Source: an uncultured cyanobacterium (GTDB taxonomy: Bacteria > Cyanobacteriota > Cyanobacteriia > PCC-9006 > JAAUQQ01). From it: DNA of 64,000 bases. The stretch is from NCBI GenBank assembly GCA_963718615.1, contig OY970368.1:192001-256000 (forward strand). Reading direction: 5' to 3'. How positions within the stretch are numbered: the stretch's first letter is position 1; each line of letters begins with the position of its first letter. The notes beneath the pieces are model-generated. The model saw nothing but the letters and a program-made list of their open reading frames with translations. It ran no database searches and was not told the DNA's origin. Below are positions 30,203 through 39,905 of this stretch, piece by piece. The position numbers and the translations under genes were made by a program.

Positions 30203-30638
30203 TCAAACTTCAAAAAAAAGTACCGATAGGTTCTAAAAAACGTTCAATGTATATTTAGTCTAAACTTGATAAAGTGCTAGTACAGTTTTAAGCACAAGCT
30301 TTCTGCTCTGGCCCGACCCTCTTAATCCCAGGTTGTTTCCTAGTCCTATGAGGAAGAACGTCAAGACGAGTGGTTTTCATTCAGATTAGTTTTGGGCAAA
30401 CGTGCTCCTTTTCCTTGCTTTTTTCGTTCTTATCTTTAGTTAAATTCACTTGAATCTTTGATTAAACGTTTGCTCAAATCTTTAATCAAAAACTTGCTTG
30501 TAGCCATTAATCGGCTTGCATTCGTTAATCGACTTGATGAAAGCCATCAAAATCGACGATTTTTTGTTCGTCTCTTTGCATTTTCATTCACTCCTGTCTA
30601 CTTGTTACCCCCTTTCTATTTTCCCGTAAGCAAAAATT

Positions 30639-32306
30639 ATGGTTTCTAGATCAGCAATCCAGGTATCAAGCCTCGGCATAGACGCTCAGTGGGGAAGTTT
30701 GAGTTGCGATCGTAGATCCACCTCCAATCTCTCCAGTTCACAACACACCTGCGACGTCTGTGGCGGTCAACACCTTAGCCACGATCACCTGACCTTCATG
30801 CAGACCATGCCCAAGGATCCAGTGGACATGGTCGATGACCTGGTGCGCATGGGAATCTATCAGGAAAATCAGCTCCGTGCCGCCGACGGCATCAACGCTT
30901 ACGAACTGCGCAAAACCCTCTTTCTGAAAATTGCTGGGCGTGGTAACCCCAAGCGCGAAAAACTGATTTTGGCGCTGTGCCAACAAGCCGGTGGGCTCGA
31001 AAATGCTTTTGCCGCCGCCTTTGGTTCCCAAGCAGGTCGATTTTTTGGGGACTCGCTGCGCACCAGTACCGTAACCCGACGGGAATTCATGCGCAACTTA
31101 GCTGTGGGCGCGGCACTCGTCAGCTTGGCGAGCTGTGGAAGCAACAGCAACAAAGCGGCCCTCGACATCGATCCCAATGAACCTATCGATACTTCAGGTT
31201 TAGAGAAAACCGATCTGCAAATTGGCTTCATTCCCATCACCTGCGCCACGCCGATCATCATGTCGGAACCGCTAGGGTTTTACAAAAAATATGGATTTAA
31301 TGCCAAGGTTGTGAAGATGCCGAGCTGGGGAGCAGTGCGTGATTCGGCGATCGCAGGGGAACTAGACGCCTACCACATGCTCGCCCCTATGCCGATCGCC
31401 ATGACCTTAGGGCTGGGTTCAGCGGCCTTTGGCGTAAAACTAGCCAGTATCGAAAACATCAATGGCCAAGCCATCACTGTCGCGGAGCGCCACAAGGGCA
31501 AGATCAACGGCCCTGCTGACTTCAAAGACTTCACCATCGGCGTTCCCTTTCCCTATTCGATGCACAACTTACTGTTGCGCTACTATCTCTCCACAGGCGG
31601 CCTTGATCCGGATGTCGATGTCAAAATTCGTCCGGTGCCGCCGCCGGACAGCATTGCCCAGATGGTTGCTGGCGACATCGATGCCTACCTAATGCCCGAT
31701 CCATTCAACCAGCGGGCCGTTTACGAAGGGGTAGGATTTATTCATATGTTGACCAAGGAACTGTGGCCTGGTCATCCGTGCTGTGCCTTTGCCGCCAGCG
31801 ATCAGTGGATCAGCGAGCATCCCAACACATTTCGAGCACTCAACAAATCAATTATCGAAGCAGCGGGCTATGCTCGGAATCCCCAAAATCGGCCTGAAAT
31901 TGCCAAAGCCATCTCGGAGCGAGCCTTCTTGAATCAACCTGTCGAAGTTGTAGAAGCAGTATTGACCGGAAATTTTGAAGATGGTAATGGCAAACAGCTT
32001 TCGATTCCCGATCGCATTGACTTCGATCCCTATCCCTGGCAAAGCTTTGCTAACTGGATTTCGTCACAACTCGTCCGCTGGGATCTACAAGGAGATGGCT
32101 TAGCAACTAAGTCTATTTCGGAGAAGGGCTATGACCAAGTTGGTCAAAACATTTTCTTAACCAATCTCGCGCGGGATCTCGCAGAAGAGCTGGGACAACC
32201 ATCACCTGATGAAATTTATCGAACAGAAACGTTAAAGTTTGACAGCTTTAATCCAGAAAAACCAGATGACTACGTAAAGGAGCAAATCAATAAATATGGC
32301 GTTTAG
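30639..32306 (+). CDS. cynA: CmpA/NrtA-family substrate-binding lipoprotein, probable cyanate-binding CynA, with N-terminal extension
   Basis: GFIPITCATP, NGQAIT, PFPYSMHN, HPCC, RIDFDPYP; internal TRREF...LASC; upstream of cyanase. Confidence 0.85.
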   Translation: MVSRSAIQVSSLGIDAQWGSLSCDRRSTSNLSSSQHTCDVCGGQHLSHDHLTFMQTMPKDPVDMVDDLVRMGIYQENQLRAADGINAYELRKTLFLKIAGRGNPKREKLILALCQQAGGLENAFAAAFGSQAGRFFGDSLRTSTVTRREFMRNLAVGAALVSLASCGSNSNKAALDIDPNEPIDTSGLEKTDLQIGFIPITCATPIIMSEPLGFYKKYGFNAKVVKMPSWGAVRDSAIAGELDAYHMLAPMPIAMTLGLGSAAFGVKLASIENINGQAITVAERHKGKINGPADFKDFTIGVPFPYSMHNLLLRYYLSTGGLDPDVDVKIRPVPPPDSIAQMVAGDIDAYLMPDPFNQRAVYEGVGFIHMLTKELWPGHPCCAFAASDQWISEHPNTFRALNKSIIEAAGYARNPQNRPEIAKAISERAFLNQPVEVVEAVLTGNFEDGNGKQLSIPDRIDFDPYPWQSFANWISSQLVRWDLQGDGLATKSISEKGYDQVGQNIFLTNLARDLAEELGQPSPDEIYRTETLKFDSFNPEKPDDYVKEQINKYGV

Positions 32307-32379
32307 GAATGCCAACAAGCAGACAGAATTTAGATGTAGTACACAGAAAGAGTACAAATTTTGTAACGAGGTTTGAATG

Positions 32380-33217
32380 TATGGCATTGGGCAATGTGGC
32401 GATCGCATCAATTCCCAAAAAACCAGATCCCTGGTTTAAAAACGAGAGTATTCAATCATTAGGGTTGTTTTTGCTTTCGTTGATTTTGTTACTATTGTTT
32501 TGGGAGGTCGGGGCGCGATCGGGGCTATTTTCCAAAGGTATGCCAACCGCATCCAAAACCCTGCAAGAGTTTTGGTGGTGGATCACACATCCTTTTTTCA
32601 ATAATGGCCCCAACGATCTAGGGATAGGTTGGAATTTATTAATTAGTCTGAGGCGAGTTGCCATTGGCTATCTTTTTGCTTCCCTCATCGCCATTCCCCT
32701 TGGTATCTTCATTGGCATGTCTCCCATCGCTTACCGTGTTTTCAATCCTTATATTCAGTTGCTCAAACCTATATCTCCCCTAGCTTGGTTACCTCTCGGT
32801 CTTTACATCCTGAGGGATTCGGAGCAGACTGGAATTTTTATCATTTTGATTTCGAGCATCTGGCCAACACTAATTAACACCGCCTTTGGGGTTGCCAATG
32901 TTGACCAAGACTATTTAGATGTTGCAAATACTTTAGGTGCATCACGGCTGCGAACAATTATCAAAGTGATTATTCCGGCGGCATTACCCAGCATTGTTTC
33001 TGGCTTACGCATCAGCATGGGCATTGCTTGGCTCGTGATTGTGGCAGCAGAAATGTTGTTGGGAACAGGACTGGGCTACTTTATTTGGAATGAATGGAAC
33101 AACCTTTATATTCCTAATATCTTGGTCGCAATTTTTATTATTGGTCTGGTTGGCTTACTGCTTGATAGCATTTTTGCTGCCTTAGAAAAATTCGTTGCAT
33201 TTGGTCGAAACTCGTGA
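32380..33217 (+). CDS. cynB: Nitrate/cyanate ABC transporter permease (ORF is open from 32309)
   Basis: [37 protein letters not shown]. Confidence 0.88.
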
Positions 33218-34098
33218 GTTTAGCATCCGTGAACACGATCCCTTCCGTTGAGCCGATTCATTCTACATCGCAGCTCTCCATTCGTCATCTGACAAAGGTT
33301 TTTTCGGGTAAAAGGGGCTTCTTTAATAGACTGACAGGTAAGACAAGTCCTGATTTTACGGCGCTCGAAGACATCAGCCTCGACATCGAACCGAACACCT
33401 TTGTCTCAATCATTGGTCCCTCAGGCTGTGGTAAATCGACCTTACTTAATATGATTGCAGGGCTTTCTTCAATTAGCGATGGTGAAATTCTGCTCAACAG
33501 CCAGCCGATTACTGGACCCGGTTCAGACCGTGGCATGGTGTTTCAAAACTATGCTCTGATGCCCTGGATGACCGTCGAGCAAAATATTCGCTTTGCGATC
33601 GAAACGGTTCACCCCAAAATGCCGTCCCTGCTCATGACCCGCATGATTAAAGAAAACATTCAGCTCGTCGGGTTAGAAGGATCCGAAGCCAAACATCCCC
33701 ACGAACTTTCCGGCGGTATGCGTCAGCGGGTTGGTATTGCCCGTGCTCTGGCTATCAATCCTCAGATTTTGTTAATGGATGAGCCATTTGGCGCATTAGA
33801 TGCACTCACACGCGGCTTTCTCCAAGATGAGATTGAGCGGATTTGGGAACAGCATCGCAAGACCGTAATTATGATTACTCACAGCATTGAGGAGGCGCTT
33901 TTGTTATCGGATCGCATTGTCATGATGACGCGCGGCCCTGCGGCCAGAATCGATCAGATTCTCGATATCCCTTTCCCTCGGCCACGTGACCGTGAAACCA
34001 TTCAGAAAAACCCTGATTATCACAGTCTAAAAGCCGAAATGGAAAGTCATTTGTTTCGTGAAACTCGAGCCGTTGAAGCTGCCCGTATCCGCAAGTAG
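33214..34098 (+). CDS. cynD: Nitrate/cyanate ABC transporter ATP-binding subunit
   Basis: [32 protein letters not shown]. Confidence 0.88.
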   Translation: MSLASVNTIPSVEPIHSTSQLSIRHLTKVFSGKRGFFNRLTGKTSPDFTALEDISLDIEPNTFVSIIGPSGCGKSTLLNMIAGLSSISDGEILLNSQPITGPGSDRGMVFQNYALMPWMTVEQNIRFAIETVHPKMPSLLMTRMIKENIQLVGLEGSEAKHPHELSGGMRQRVGIARALAINPQILLMDEPFGALDALTRGFLQDEIERIWEQHRKTVIMITHSIEEALLLSDRIVMMTRGPAARIDQILDIPFPRPRDRETIQKNPDYHSLKAEMESHLFRETRAVEAARIRK

Positions 34099-34206
34099 TT
34101 GCGCCGTTTTTCAAAAAAGGCGAATGTACTGGTTGCGATCTCACTCTTCAAACGCAAACCATTAGTCTTGCCTTAATTCACTTCTGTCCTAATTCACTAT
34201 TCAACC

Positions 34207-34650
34207 ATGGCTATTTCAGAAATTACCGAACAACTCCTTGCTGCCAAGAAAGAAGCAGGTCTCAGTTTTGCTGATTTAGAAGCCAAATTGGGCTTTGATG
34301 AGGTTTGGATCGCTTCAGTGTTCTATCGACAGGCAAGTGCATCCAAAACGGAGGCAACCCAAATAGTTGAGGCCATCTGTGCACCTCCAGCACTGATTGA
34401 AGCACTCACGGAATATCCGCTCAAAGGATCTCTAGAGCCCGTCATTCCGACTGATCCTCTGATTTATCGACTCTACGAAATTATGCAGGTTTATGGAATG
34501 CCGCTTAAGGCAGTCGTTCATGAAAAGTTTGGTGATGGCATTATGAGCGCAATTGACTTCACGTTGGATGTAGAAAAAGAAGAAGATCCTAAAGGCGATC
34601 GCGTCAAAATTATCATGTGCGGTAAGTTCTTACCCTACAAGAAATGGTAA
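34207..34650 (+). CDS. cynS: Cyanase (cyanate hydratase)
   Basis: [30 protein letters not shown]. Confidence 0.97.
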   Translation: MAISEITEQLLAAKKEAGLSFADLEAKLGFDEVWIASVFYRQASASKTEATQIVEAICAPPALIEALTEYPLKGSLEPVIPTDPLIYRLYEIMQVYGMPLKAVVHEKFGDGIMSAIDFTLDVEKEEDPKGDRVKIIMCGKFLPYKKW

Positions 34651-34893
34651 GACTAGCTCACTGACAAATCGCTTAAAACCTGAGTTCTAAAACTCAAAAC
34701 TCTCTCCTTCAAAACTATTCTTTATAGACCTAAACCTTACCCACAAACCTGAAAAAGCCTTTGACTTCTAGGAAAGGAGACAAATCAAAAGTTTGTCAAA
34801 GTTCCTACAGATCGCCTTCAGGCGAGCATGGCTCAGCGTTGTGAGGCCCATGGGATTGAGTTTACAAGGTCCCCGTATTCGCGAATACTGACT

Positions 34894-36132
34894 TCATCTG
34901 TTGCCGTCTTCATTACACCTTCTATTCTGTAACCCCAAGGAGCATCCCCAAACCCGAATCCCCCAAACCAAACCACCTGCACCCATCAATAGGCCCGTGG
35001 CGATCGCACTCCCCTGTTCTTGCCCTAGCAACCAATAGCGACTGTCTAGCAATAGCGTATGGGCGATCGCCAATCCCAACGCCGGAACCGTCAATAAATG
35101 AATCCTGCGCCAAACATTACCCCAGCCTTTTTGGAATCGATCAAAACTGGTGAGCGCAGCGGGGGTGAGGAGCGCGATCGCGCCAAGCCCCAAGGCCACC
35201 CCTAAGCGATGCTGGGGAATTAAAAACTGAACGGTTCGAAAATTCCAGCCCCAATTGAGCGAAAAAATCTGTAGGATATGCAACAGAGCCAATAGGAATG
35301 AGCCCACGCCTAAGCCGCGCCGATAGCGCAGCAATCCCGCGAGTTGTCCTTCTTTCGCCCAATGCTGCACCGGTCGGGCAATCAAGGCCAAGACCAGCAA
35401 CCCGAGCGAACCATAGGCGCTAAACGCCCCACCGTGGCTGTCCCCTGTGCGCAAGAGCAGCGAGAGACCCACCGCCAGGGTTACCCAGCCCCCCAGGCGA
35501 AACAGTTGGCTGCGCTGATCCTGGCTCCAGCGGCTAACGACCCAGCCCATGCCCAAGAGCGTTGGCGTTGTCCCGAGACCAAAGGCCAGCATCAGTAAGG
35601 CCCCCGTCAAAACCTGCCCTGTTTCCGCTGCCCGAATTTGGGCGGTATATAAAAAACCGCAGGGAATCAGCCCCCAGCACAGCCCCAAAAGCAGCGGCGT
35701 CCACCAGCGATTAACCAGGGAAAGTTGCACCATCATCTTGCTGAGGCGGTTGTGTTGCTGTTCGCCTAGTCCGAAGAAGGGAAGACGAGGCAAAAGACCT
35801 GGGGCAATGTAGCCGAGGCTGAGCCAGATCAGGAGAAGACCCGTGGCGATCGCCATCCCCCGTCGCAATTCACTCCCCAAACCCGCCAACTGTCCCCCCG
35901 CCACCAGCAAACCGCCCACGGCACCCAGCCCAGCCCCCACCCAGCCATAGCTCAAAATCCGCCCTAAATTGAGCAGCAGATGAAACCCGAGGGATTGCCC
36001 CCCAGCCTCTGGCCCGAGCTTGGACCCCGAACTCAGCCCCAAGGCAACGGTCACCGGACCACACATCGTGGCACAGTGACCGAAACTACCCAGAAAACCC
36101 AGGCTAAACAGGAGTAACGTATCCAGAATCAT
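34894..36132 (-). CDS. DsbD_2 (TauE/SafE-like) membrane domain fused to a ferric-reductase/MsrQ-like TM domain
   Basis: GHC..MCGP, NLGRILSY, GLIPCGFLY; then RRGLGV...LLH, ALTS, WRRIH...AH haem-ligand pattern. Confidence 0.8.
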   Translation of the reverse strand: MILDTLLLFSLGFLGSFGHCATMCGPVTVALGLSSGSKLGPEAGGQSLGFHLLLNLGRILSYGWVGAGLGAVGGLLVAGGQLAGLGSELRRGMAIATGLLLIWLSLGYIAPGLLPRLPFFGLGEQQHNRLSKMMVQLSLVNRWWTPLLLGLCWGLIPCGFLYTAQIRAAETGQVLTGALLMLAFGLGTTPTLLGMGWVVSRWSQDQRSQLFRLGGWVTLAVGLSLLLRTGDSHGGAFSAYGSLGLLVLALIARPVQHWAKEGQLAGLLRYRRGLGVGSFLLALLHILQIFSLNWGWNFRTVQFLIPQHRLGVALGLGAIALLTPAALTSFDRFQKGWGNVWRRIHLLTVPALGLAIAHTLLLDSRYWLLGQEQGSAIATGLLMGAGGLVWGIRVWGCSLGLQNRRCNEDGNR

Positions 36133-36142
36133 AGGGGCCAGC

Positions 36143-36649
36143 CTAGGAAGCCGCAGGCACGACAACCTTTACCCTAGCGTCAATCGGTTTTCCATTGTGC
36201 GTTAGGACCTCGTGGCCGTTGGCATTCAGCTCCACGCGAACTTCATGCTCCCCCGCTGGTAAATCGGGGATGTAGTACCAAGGGCCATAGAGCCGGGTGA
36301 CTTTTTCGCCATCGATATACAAATGGGCATGGCCTTCGGTGGTGAGACTGGTTTGGTTAACCCGCTCGGGGGCGAACTCAAAGGCGGTCACCGCTGCCTG
36401 GAGATTCCAGCCCCGCATAGCATCGGGGGTTACCGTCAGCGTTAGCGTCGGCACAGGCTGTTCAGCCGGAATCGCCAACATTTTATGGGGGTTCGGGTGG
36501 GCCATATGGTCGTCCGACTCGGGCATCGTGCCATGGGGCATGTCGCCAGAATGCATGCCTTCCGACTGAGCCGGAGGAGTACAGCTCGCGATCGCCACCC
36601 CCATCCCCAGAACAATCCCCAGGAACGGGGCCAGTTGAGTTCGCTTCAT
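36143..36649 (-). CDS. His/Met-rich lipoprotein, putative metal (Cu) binding
   Basis: Lipobox IASC; MHSGDMPHGTM..DHMAH; GHAHLYIDG; NANGH. Confidence 0.75.
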   Translation of the reverse strand: MKRTQLAPFLGIVLGMGVAIASCTPPAQSEGMHSGDMPHGTMPESDDHMAHPNPHKMLAIPAEQPVPTLTLTVTPDAMRGWNLQAAVTAFEFAPERVNQTSLTTEGHAHLYIDGEKVTRLYGPWYYIPDLPAGEHEVRVELNANGHEVLTHNGKPIDARVKVVVPAAS

Positions 36650-36693
36650 GGTATTTGATGGGTTTAACTTCGATTCTGACCAACCCGCGACTC

Positions 36694-37035
36694 TTACCAA
36701 CCGGCTTCGGCTTGGGCCAGGACGTAAGCTGCGACGTTTTCCATATCGTCGGGACTCAATTTACCTTGGAACATGGGCATGGCATTCTTGCCCTTGGTCA
36801 CCTGGGCCACAATGGCTTCCGAAGACAACATGCCATTGGCCTCTAGATCTGCCTTTTTCAGCGTCTTTGCGGCATTCACCACGTTACCGCCGCCCATGTG
36901 GCAAGCGGCACAGTTGGCGCTAAAAACTCTGCCGCCAGCGGCTGCATCGGCGGCGAAGGCGGGTTGACCTGCACTGAAGACCAGGCCGATTGTTAAGGTG
37001 AGAACGAGGGCGATCGCGCTCCAAAACCGTTTCAT
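36694..37035 (-). CDS. petJ: Cytochrome c6
   Basis: Signal peptide ending AFA, CAACH haem motif, GKNAMP axial Met, C-terminal W. Confidence 0.95.
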   Translation of the reverse strand: MKRFWSAIALVLTLTIGLVFSAGQPAFAADAAAGGRVFSANCAACHMGGGNVVNAAKTLKKADLEANGMLSSEAIVAQVTKGKNAMPMFQGKLSPDDMENVAAYVLAQAEAGW

Positions 37036-37121
37036 AATCAATCTTCTCTCCAAGATTTTTGAATCGCAGTCCATTCGGCTCAGCCCCTGGATGGATGGCC
37101 TAGTCGAGACAGACTGATTTA

Positions 37122-37177
37122 GACAGACTGTCCTAGCAAACCGACAAACCTCAAACTCTGTCAAAAGACGATCGGTC
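37122..37177. promoter_or_regulatory. Two GAC-N5-GTC boxes upstream of petJ (PetR-type sites)
   Basis: GACAGACTGTC at 37122-37132 and GACGATCGGTC at 37167-37177. Confidence 0.55.
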
Positions 37178-37214
37178 AAACTTGTAACAAATCCCCATAC
37201 TCTTCTCCCTGTCG

Positions 37215-37721
37215 ATGGTTTACCGAATTCCCCCCCCCGCCCTTGATAACCCCATTTATCTAGAACATCGCCGCTGGATGATTCGGGCCTTGGAATTGGC
37301 AGAAGAGGCGGGGGACGCGGGGGAAGTGCCGGTGGGGGCGGTGATTGTGGGGGAAGAGGGGGAGGCGATCGCCGAGGGAGAAAACCGCCGGGAGCGAGAC
37401 CATGACCCCACGGCCCATGCGGAGGTCGTGGCTTTGCGTCGGGCTGGTGTGGCGCAGCAAAACTGGTATCTCCAGGGCTGTCGGCTCTACGTGACGCTGG
37501 AGCCCTGTCCCATGTGTGCGGGGGCGATCGTCCAGGCCCGCATCAAAACCTTGATCTACGCCGCCGCTGATCCCAAAGCCGGAGCAGTCCGCAGCGTGTT
37601 GAACTTGCCCGATAGTGCGGCCTCGTTGCATCGATTAACGGTGATTGACGGCATTCTGGCGGCTCCGGCCCGTGAACAGCTCCAAGCTTGGTTTGCCCAG
37701 CGGCGACGGCAAAGTCGTTAA
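37215..37721 (+). CDS. tadA: tRNA adenosine(34) deaminase
   Basis: GEVPVGA, HAE, TLEPCPMC. Confidence 0.95.
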   Translation: MVYRIPPPALDNPIYLEHRRWMIRALELAEEAGDAGEVPVGAVIVGEEGEAIAEGENRRERDHDPTAHAEVVALRRAGVAQQNWYLQGCRLYVTLEPCPMCAGAIVQARIKTLIYAAADPKAGAVRSVLNLPDSAASLHRLTVIDGILAAPAREQLQAWFAQRRRQSR

Positions 37722-37898
37722 TCAGAATTGGATGGCATTGTCGGACCAAAATTAGGCCAACCCCAAGGGTTTCCGGATGGCTGCGGTGGGCGATCGCAAA
37801 TTGAAACAGTAAGCTAAGGGCATCTACCCAGAACATCCACCCAGAACATCCACGCTCGTATTCCCGTTCCACCGTCTCCACCCCTCTAGGCCACCGCC

Positions 37899-39149
37899 AT
37901 GGCAAATCTCAATATCGCCCTCTCTCCCTACTGGAAAGCCCGGTTCCGTCCCCTCATGAAACCAGCGTTCTGGGCCTCGGCGGGGATTTTTGGCCTTTCC
38001 ATGATTGTGCTCGTGAAAATGTTCCTCCAGCCGGAGCAACTACTAGGCAAGGCAGACGATCAGCGGAATGTCGCGGTGAATCAACAGGCCGATCAACAGC
38101 TCTCTCCCGAAAATCGCGCCGCCGCTGCCGATGTGGATGATCTATCCGTATTACTCAAAGAGCTAGATAAAAACAACACCATTGACGGTTCAGAAGTCAC
38201 GATTACGACCCAAGGCAGCCCCGGTAGTAAATCCTCCTCAGGAAAATCATCCGCCAACATGCCCCAAGCCTCTGCGGCAGGCCAACTGCCGCAGCTGGAA
38301 GTCCCGGATATTCGCTACGGTCAATTTGAAAGCTTGCCACTGCTCAACCTCAATCCAGCCGGGAGCCAGACGGTCAGTATTGGCTCTGGGAGTGGCGGAT
38401 TTCTGGGTCTCAATCCCCTAGGCAATGGCGGTTCCATGACACTACCCGCCGCTTCGAATAATAATCAAAATGGAACAGCCCAAGCTCCATCAGCCCTTCA
38501 ATCAGCCCTCGATCGCTATGCCCCCCAGGCAGCGGGACTGAGTTCCACAGCGACCGAGTCCAGTACAAATTCCGGTTCTCTCAGTCCTACTTCTTTAAGT
38601 CCTGGCTCTCTCAGTCCTAGCACCCTGAGCCCTACCACCCTCAGCGGCATGAATTCTTCTGTCAATTCCGCGACAGCCATCAGCGGAACCACCCTACCCA
38701 CAACGCTCAATACCAGCTCCACCCCTCTCTACTCCACCACAATTACCAATCCGACGGTGTTGCCCAGTTCCTCGCCACGCGCAACAGTTCCGACCGACAA
38801 CGCCTTTACCCAACTCCTTAATCCACAGATTTCTTCGCCCACGGTGAATCCCACCACCGGGCAAACCTTTACCCCCATAAATTCCTCGATTACGCCCGTG
38901 AATCCCCAAAGTTTCACCCCGACACAATCCGTTTCCCCTTCGACCTACAATCCCTATAGCACCACCAACACCCAAACAATTTACTCCACAACGATTGATC
39001 CCAGTGCGCCCGTCTTTCCCCCAGCCCCTGGGACACCGGTCTATCAACCTCAAACGACGACAACTGGCTCATCCGGCTATTTTGTCCCTAGCAACGTTCC
39101 AGGGCAAACCGTTGGCAACGGGCAAATTCGGACCTTTGCCAATCCCTAG
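37899..39149 (+). CDS. Membrane-anchored Ser/Thr/Pro-rich hypothetical protein
   Basis: N-terminal TM (PAFWAS...), AADVDDL motif, long low-complexity tail. Confidence 0.75.
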   Translation: MANLNIALSPYWKARFRPLMKPAFWASAGIFGLSMIVLVKMFLQPEQLLGKADDQRNVAVNQQADQQLSPENRAAAADVDDLSVLLKELDKNNTIDGSEVTITTQGSPGSKSSSGKSSANMPQASAAGQLPQLEVPDIRYGQFESLPLLNLNPAGSQTVSIGSGSGGFLGLNPLGNGGSMTLPAASNNNQNGTAQAPSALQSALDRYAPQAAGLSSTATESSTNSGSLSPTSLSPGSLSPSTLSPTTLSGMNSSVNSATAISGTTLPTTLNTSSTPLYSTTITNPTVLPSSSPRATVPTDNAFTQLLNPQISSPTVNPTTGQTFTPINSSITPVNPQSFTPTQSVSPSTYNPYSTTNTQTIYSTTIDPSAPVFPPAPGTPVYQPQTTTTGSSGYFVPSNVPGQTVGNGQIRTFANP

Positions 39150-39157
39150 AAATTCAG

Positions 39158-39583
39158 TTAGAGCAACGGCTTGAGCTTCCGAATTAGCGAAGCTCGGCCT
39201 AGAAATTGGGCTTGCTCCCCTTCAACCTGAACATATAACCGGCCAGCAAACCAACTCCCACGACCGCTGCGGCGATAGATCCTGACGTTCGCCTCTTCCT
39301 CCTCCTCCGACTCAGGTAACCGCTCAACGTTGAGTTCCGCCAGAATTTGCTCCAGCCGATTCCAAAAGCTTTTTTGGCCTTGAATCGGGAGCTCCCACGT
39401 CAGACTGCGATTAAAGTAAGTGCCCAGGATCCCCGCCAACCCACCCAAGACTGTGCCAATCTGTACCGCGATCGGGCTAGTCGGTGAGGTTTCGAGGGCT
39501 TGACTGGCAGTCACGCTGCCAATCAGCGTAGTCATGACAAAGTAGTACAGAAAGGTGGTCCATAGACCAGGGCCAGCATTCAT
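39158..39583 (-). CDS. Hypothetical membrane protein
   Basis: 141-aa ORF with two TM segments, TFLYYF and YFNR motifs. Confidence 0.7.
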   Translation of the reverse strand: MNAGPGLWTTFLYYFVMTTLIGSVTASQALETSPTSPIAVQIGTVLGGLAGILGTYFNRSLTWELPIQGQKSFWNRLEQILAELNVERLPESEEEEEANVRIYRRSGRGSWFAGRLYVQVEGEQAQFLGRASLIRKLKPLL

Positions 39584-39698
39584 GGCAGCAGCGCCGAAAA
39601 CATCACCCTTAGCCTATCAAGTATAGGAAGCCCTGTAGCGATCGGCTTTCCTTTGACCTGAGGGTGTGCTTTCCCTGTCCAGGTTATGATGCCTGGGA

Positions 39699-39905
39699 TT
39701 ACTGGGCTGTTGAATGTTGCCACATTTCACGAGATTCCTGGCGAATCTGCCCAGCAGCGGCGGCGAGCTGTAGCTGAGTAAAGGCGCTCAACTCATCGGC
39801 ATCGTTTTTAAGCTTGAGCAATTGACGCAACTGATCCTCGGCATCCACCGTCAAATAGCCTGTCACCATAGCCTGTCTCACAATGTCACAAATTTTTGCC
39901 ATCAC
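39699..39905 (-). CDS. Small hypothetical protein
   Basis: TGYLTV.AEDQLRQLL...QESRE pattern that I recall from small cyanobacterial proteins; GGAG-like RBS upstream. Confidence 0.7.
   Translation of the reverse strand: MMAKICDIVRQAMVTGYLTVDAEDQLRQLLKLKNDADELSAFTQLQLAAAAGQIRQESREMWQHSTAQ

Noticed and set aside
30458-30649. 63-aa ORF in the cyn leader
   Set aside because: TTG start and Phe/Leu bias from T-rich DNA; better explained as non-coding leader.
37036-37179. N-terminal extension of petJ in the ORF track; similar over-extensions affect era, hicB, the O-methyltransferase and the ACT gene
   Set aside because: Family-typical starts lie downstream, and the petJ extension covers promoter boxes.
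37722-37898. Possible SRP RNA or other ncRNA after tadA
   Set aside because: The conserved SRP CAGG..GGAA..AGCAGC core is not visible.
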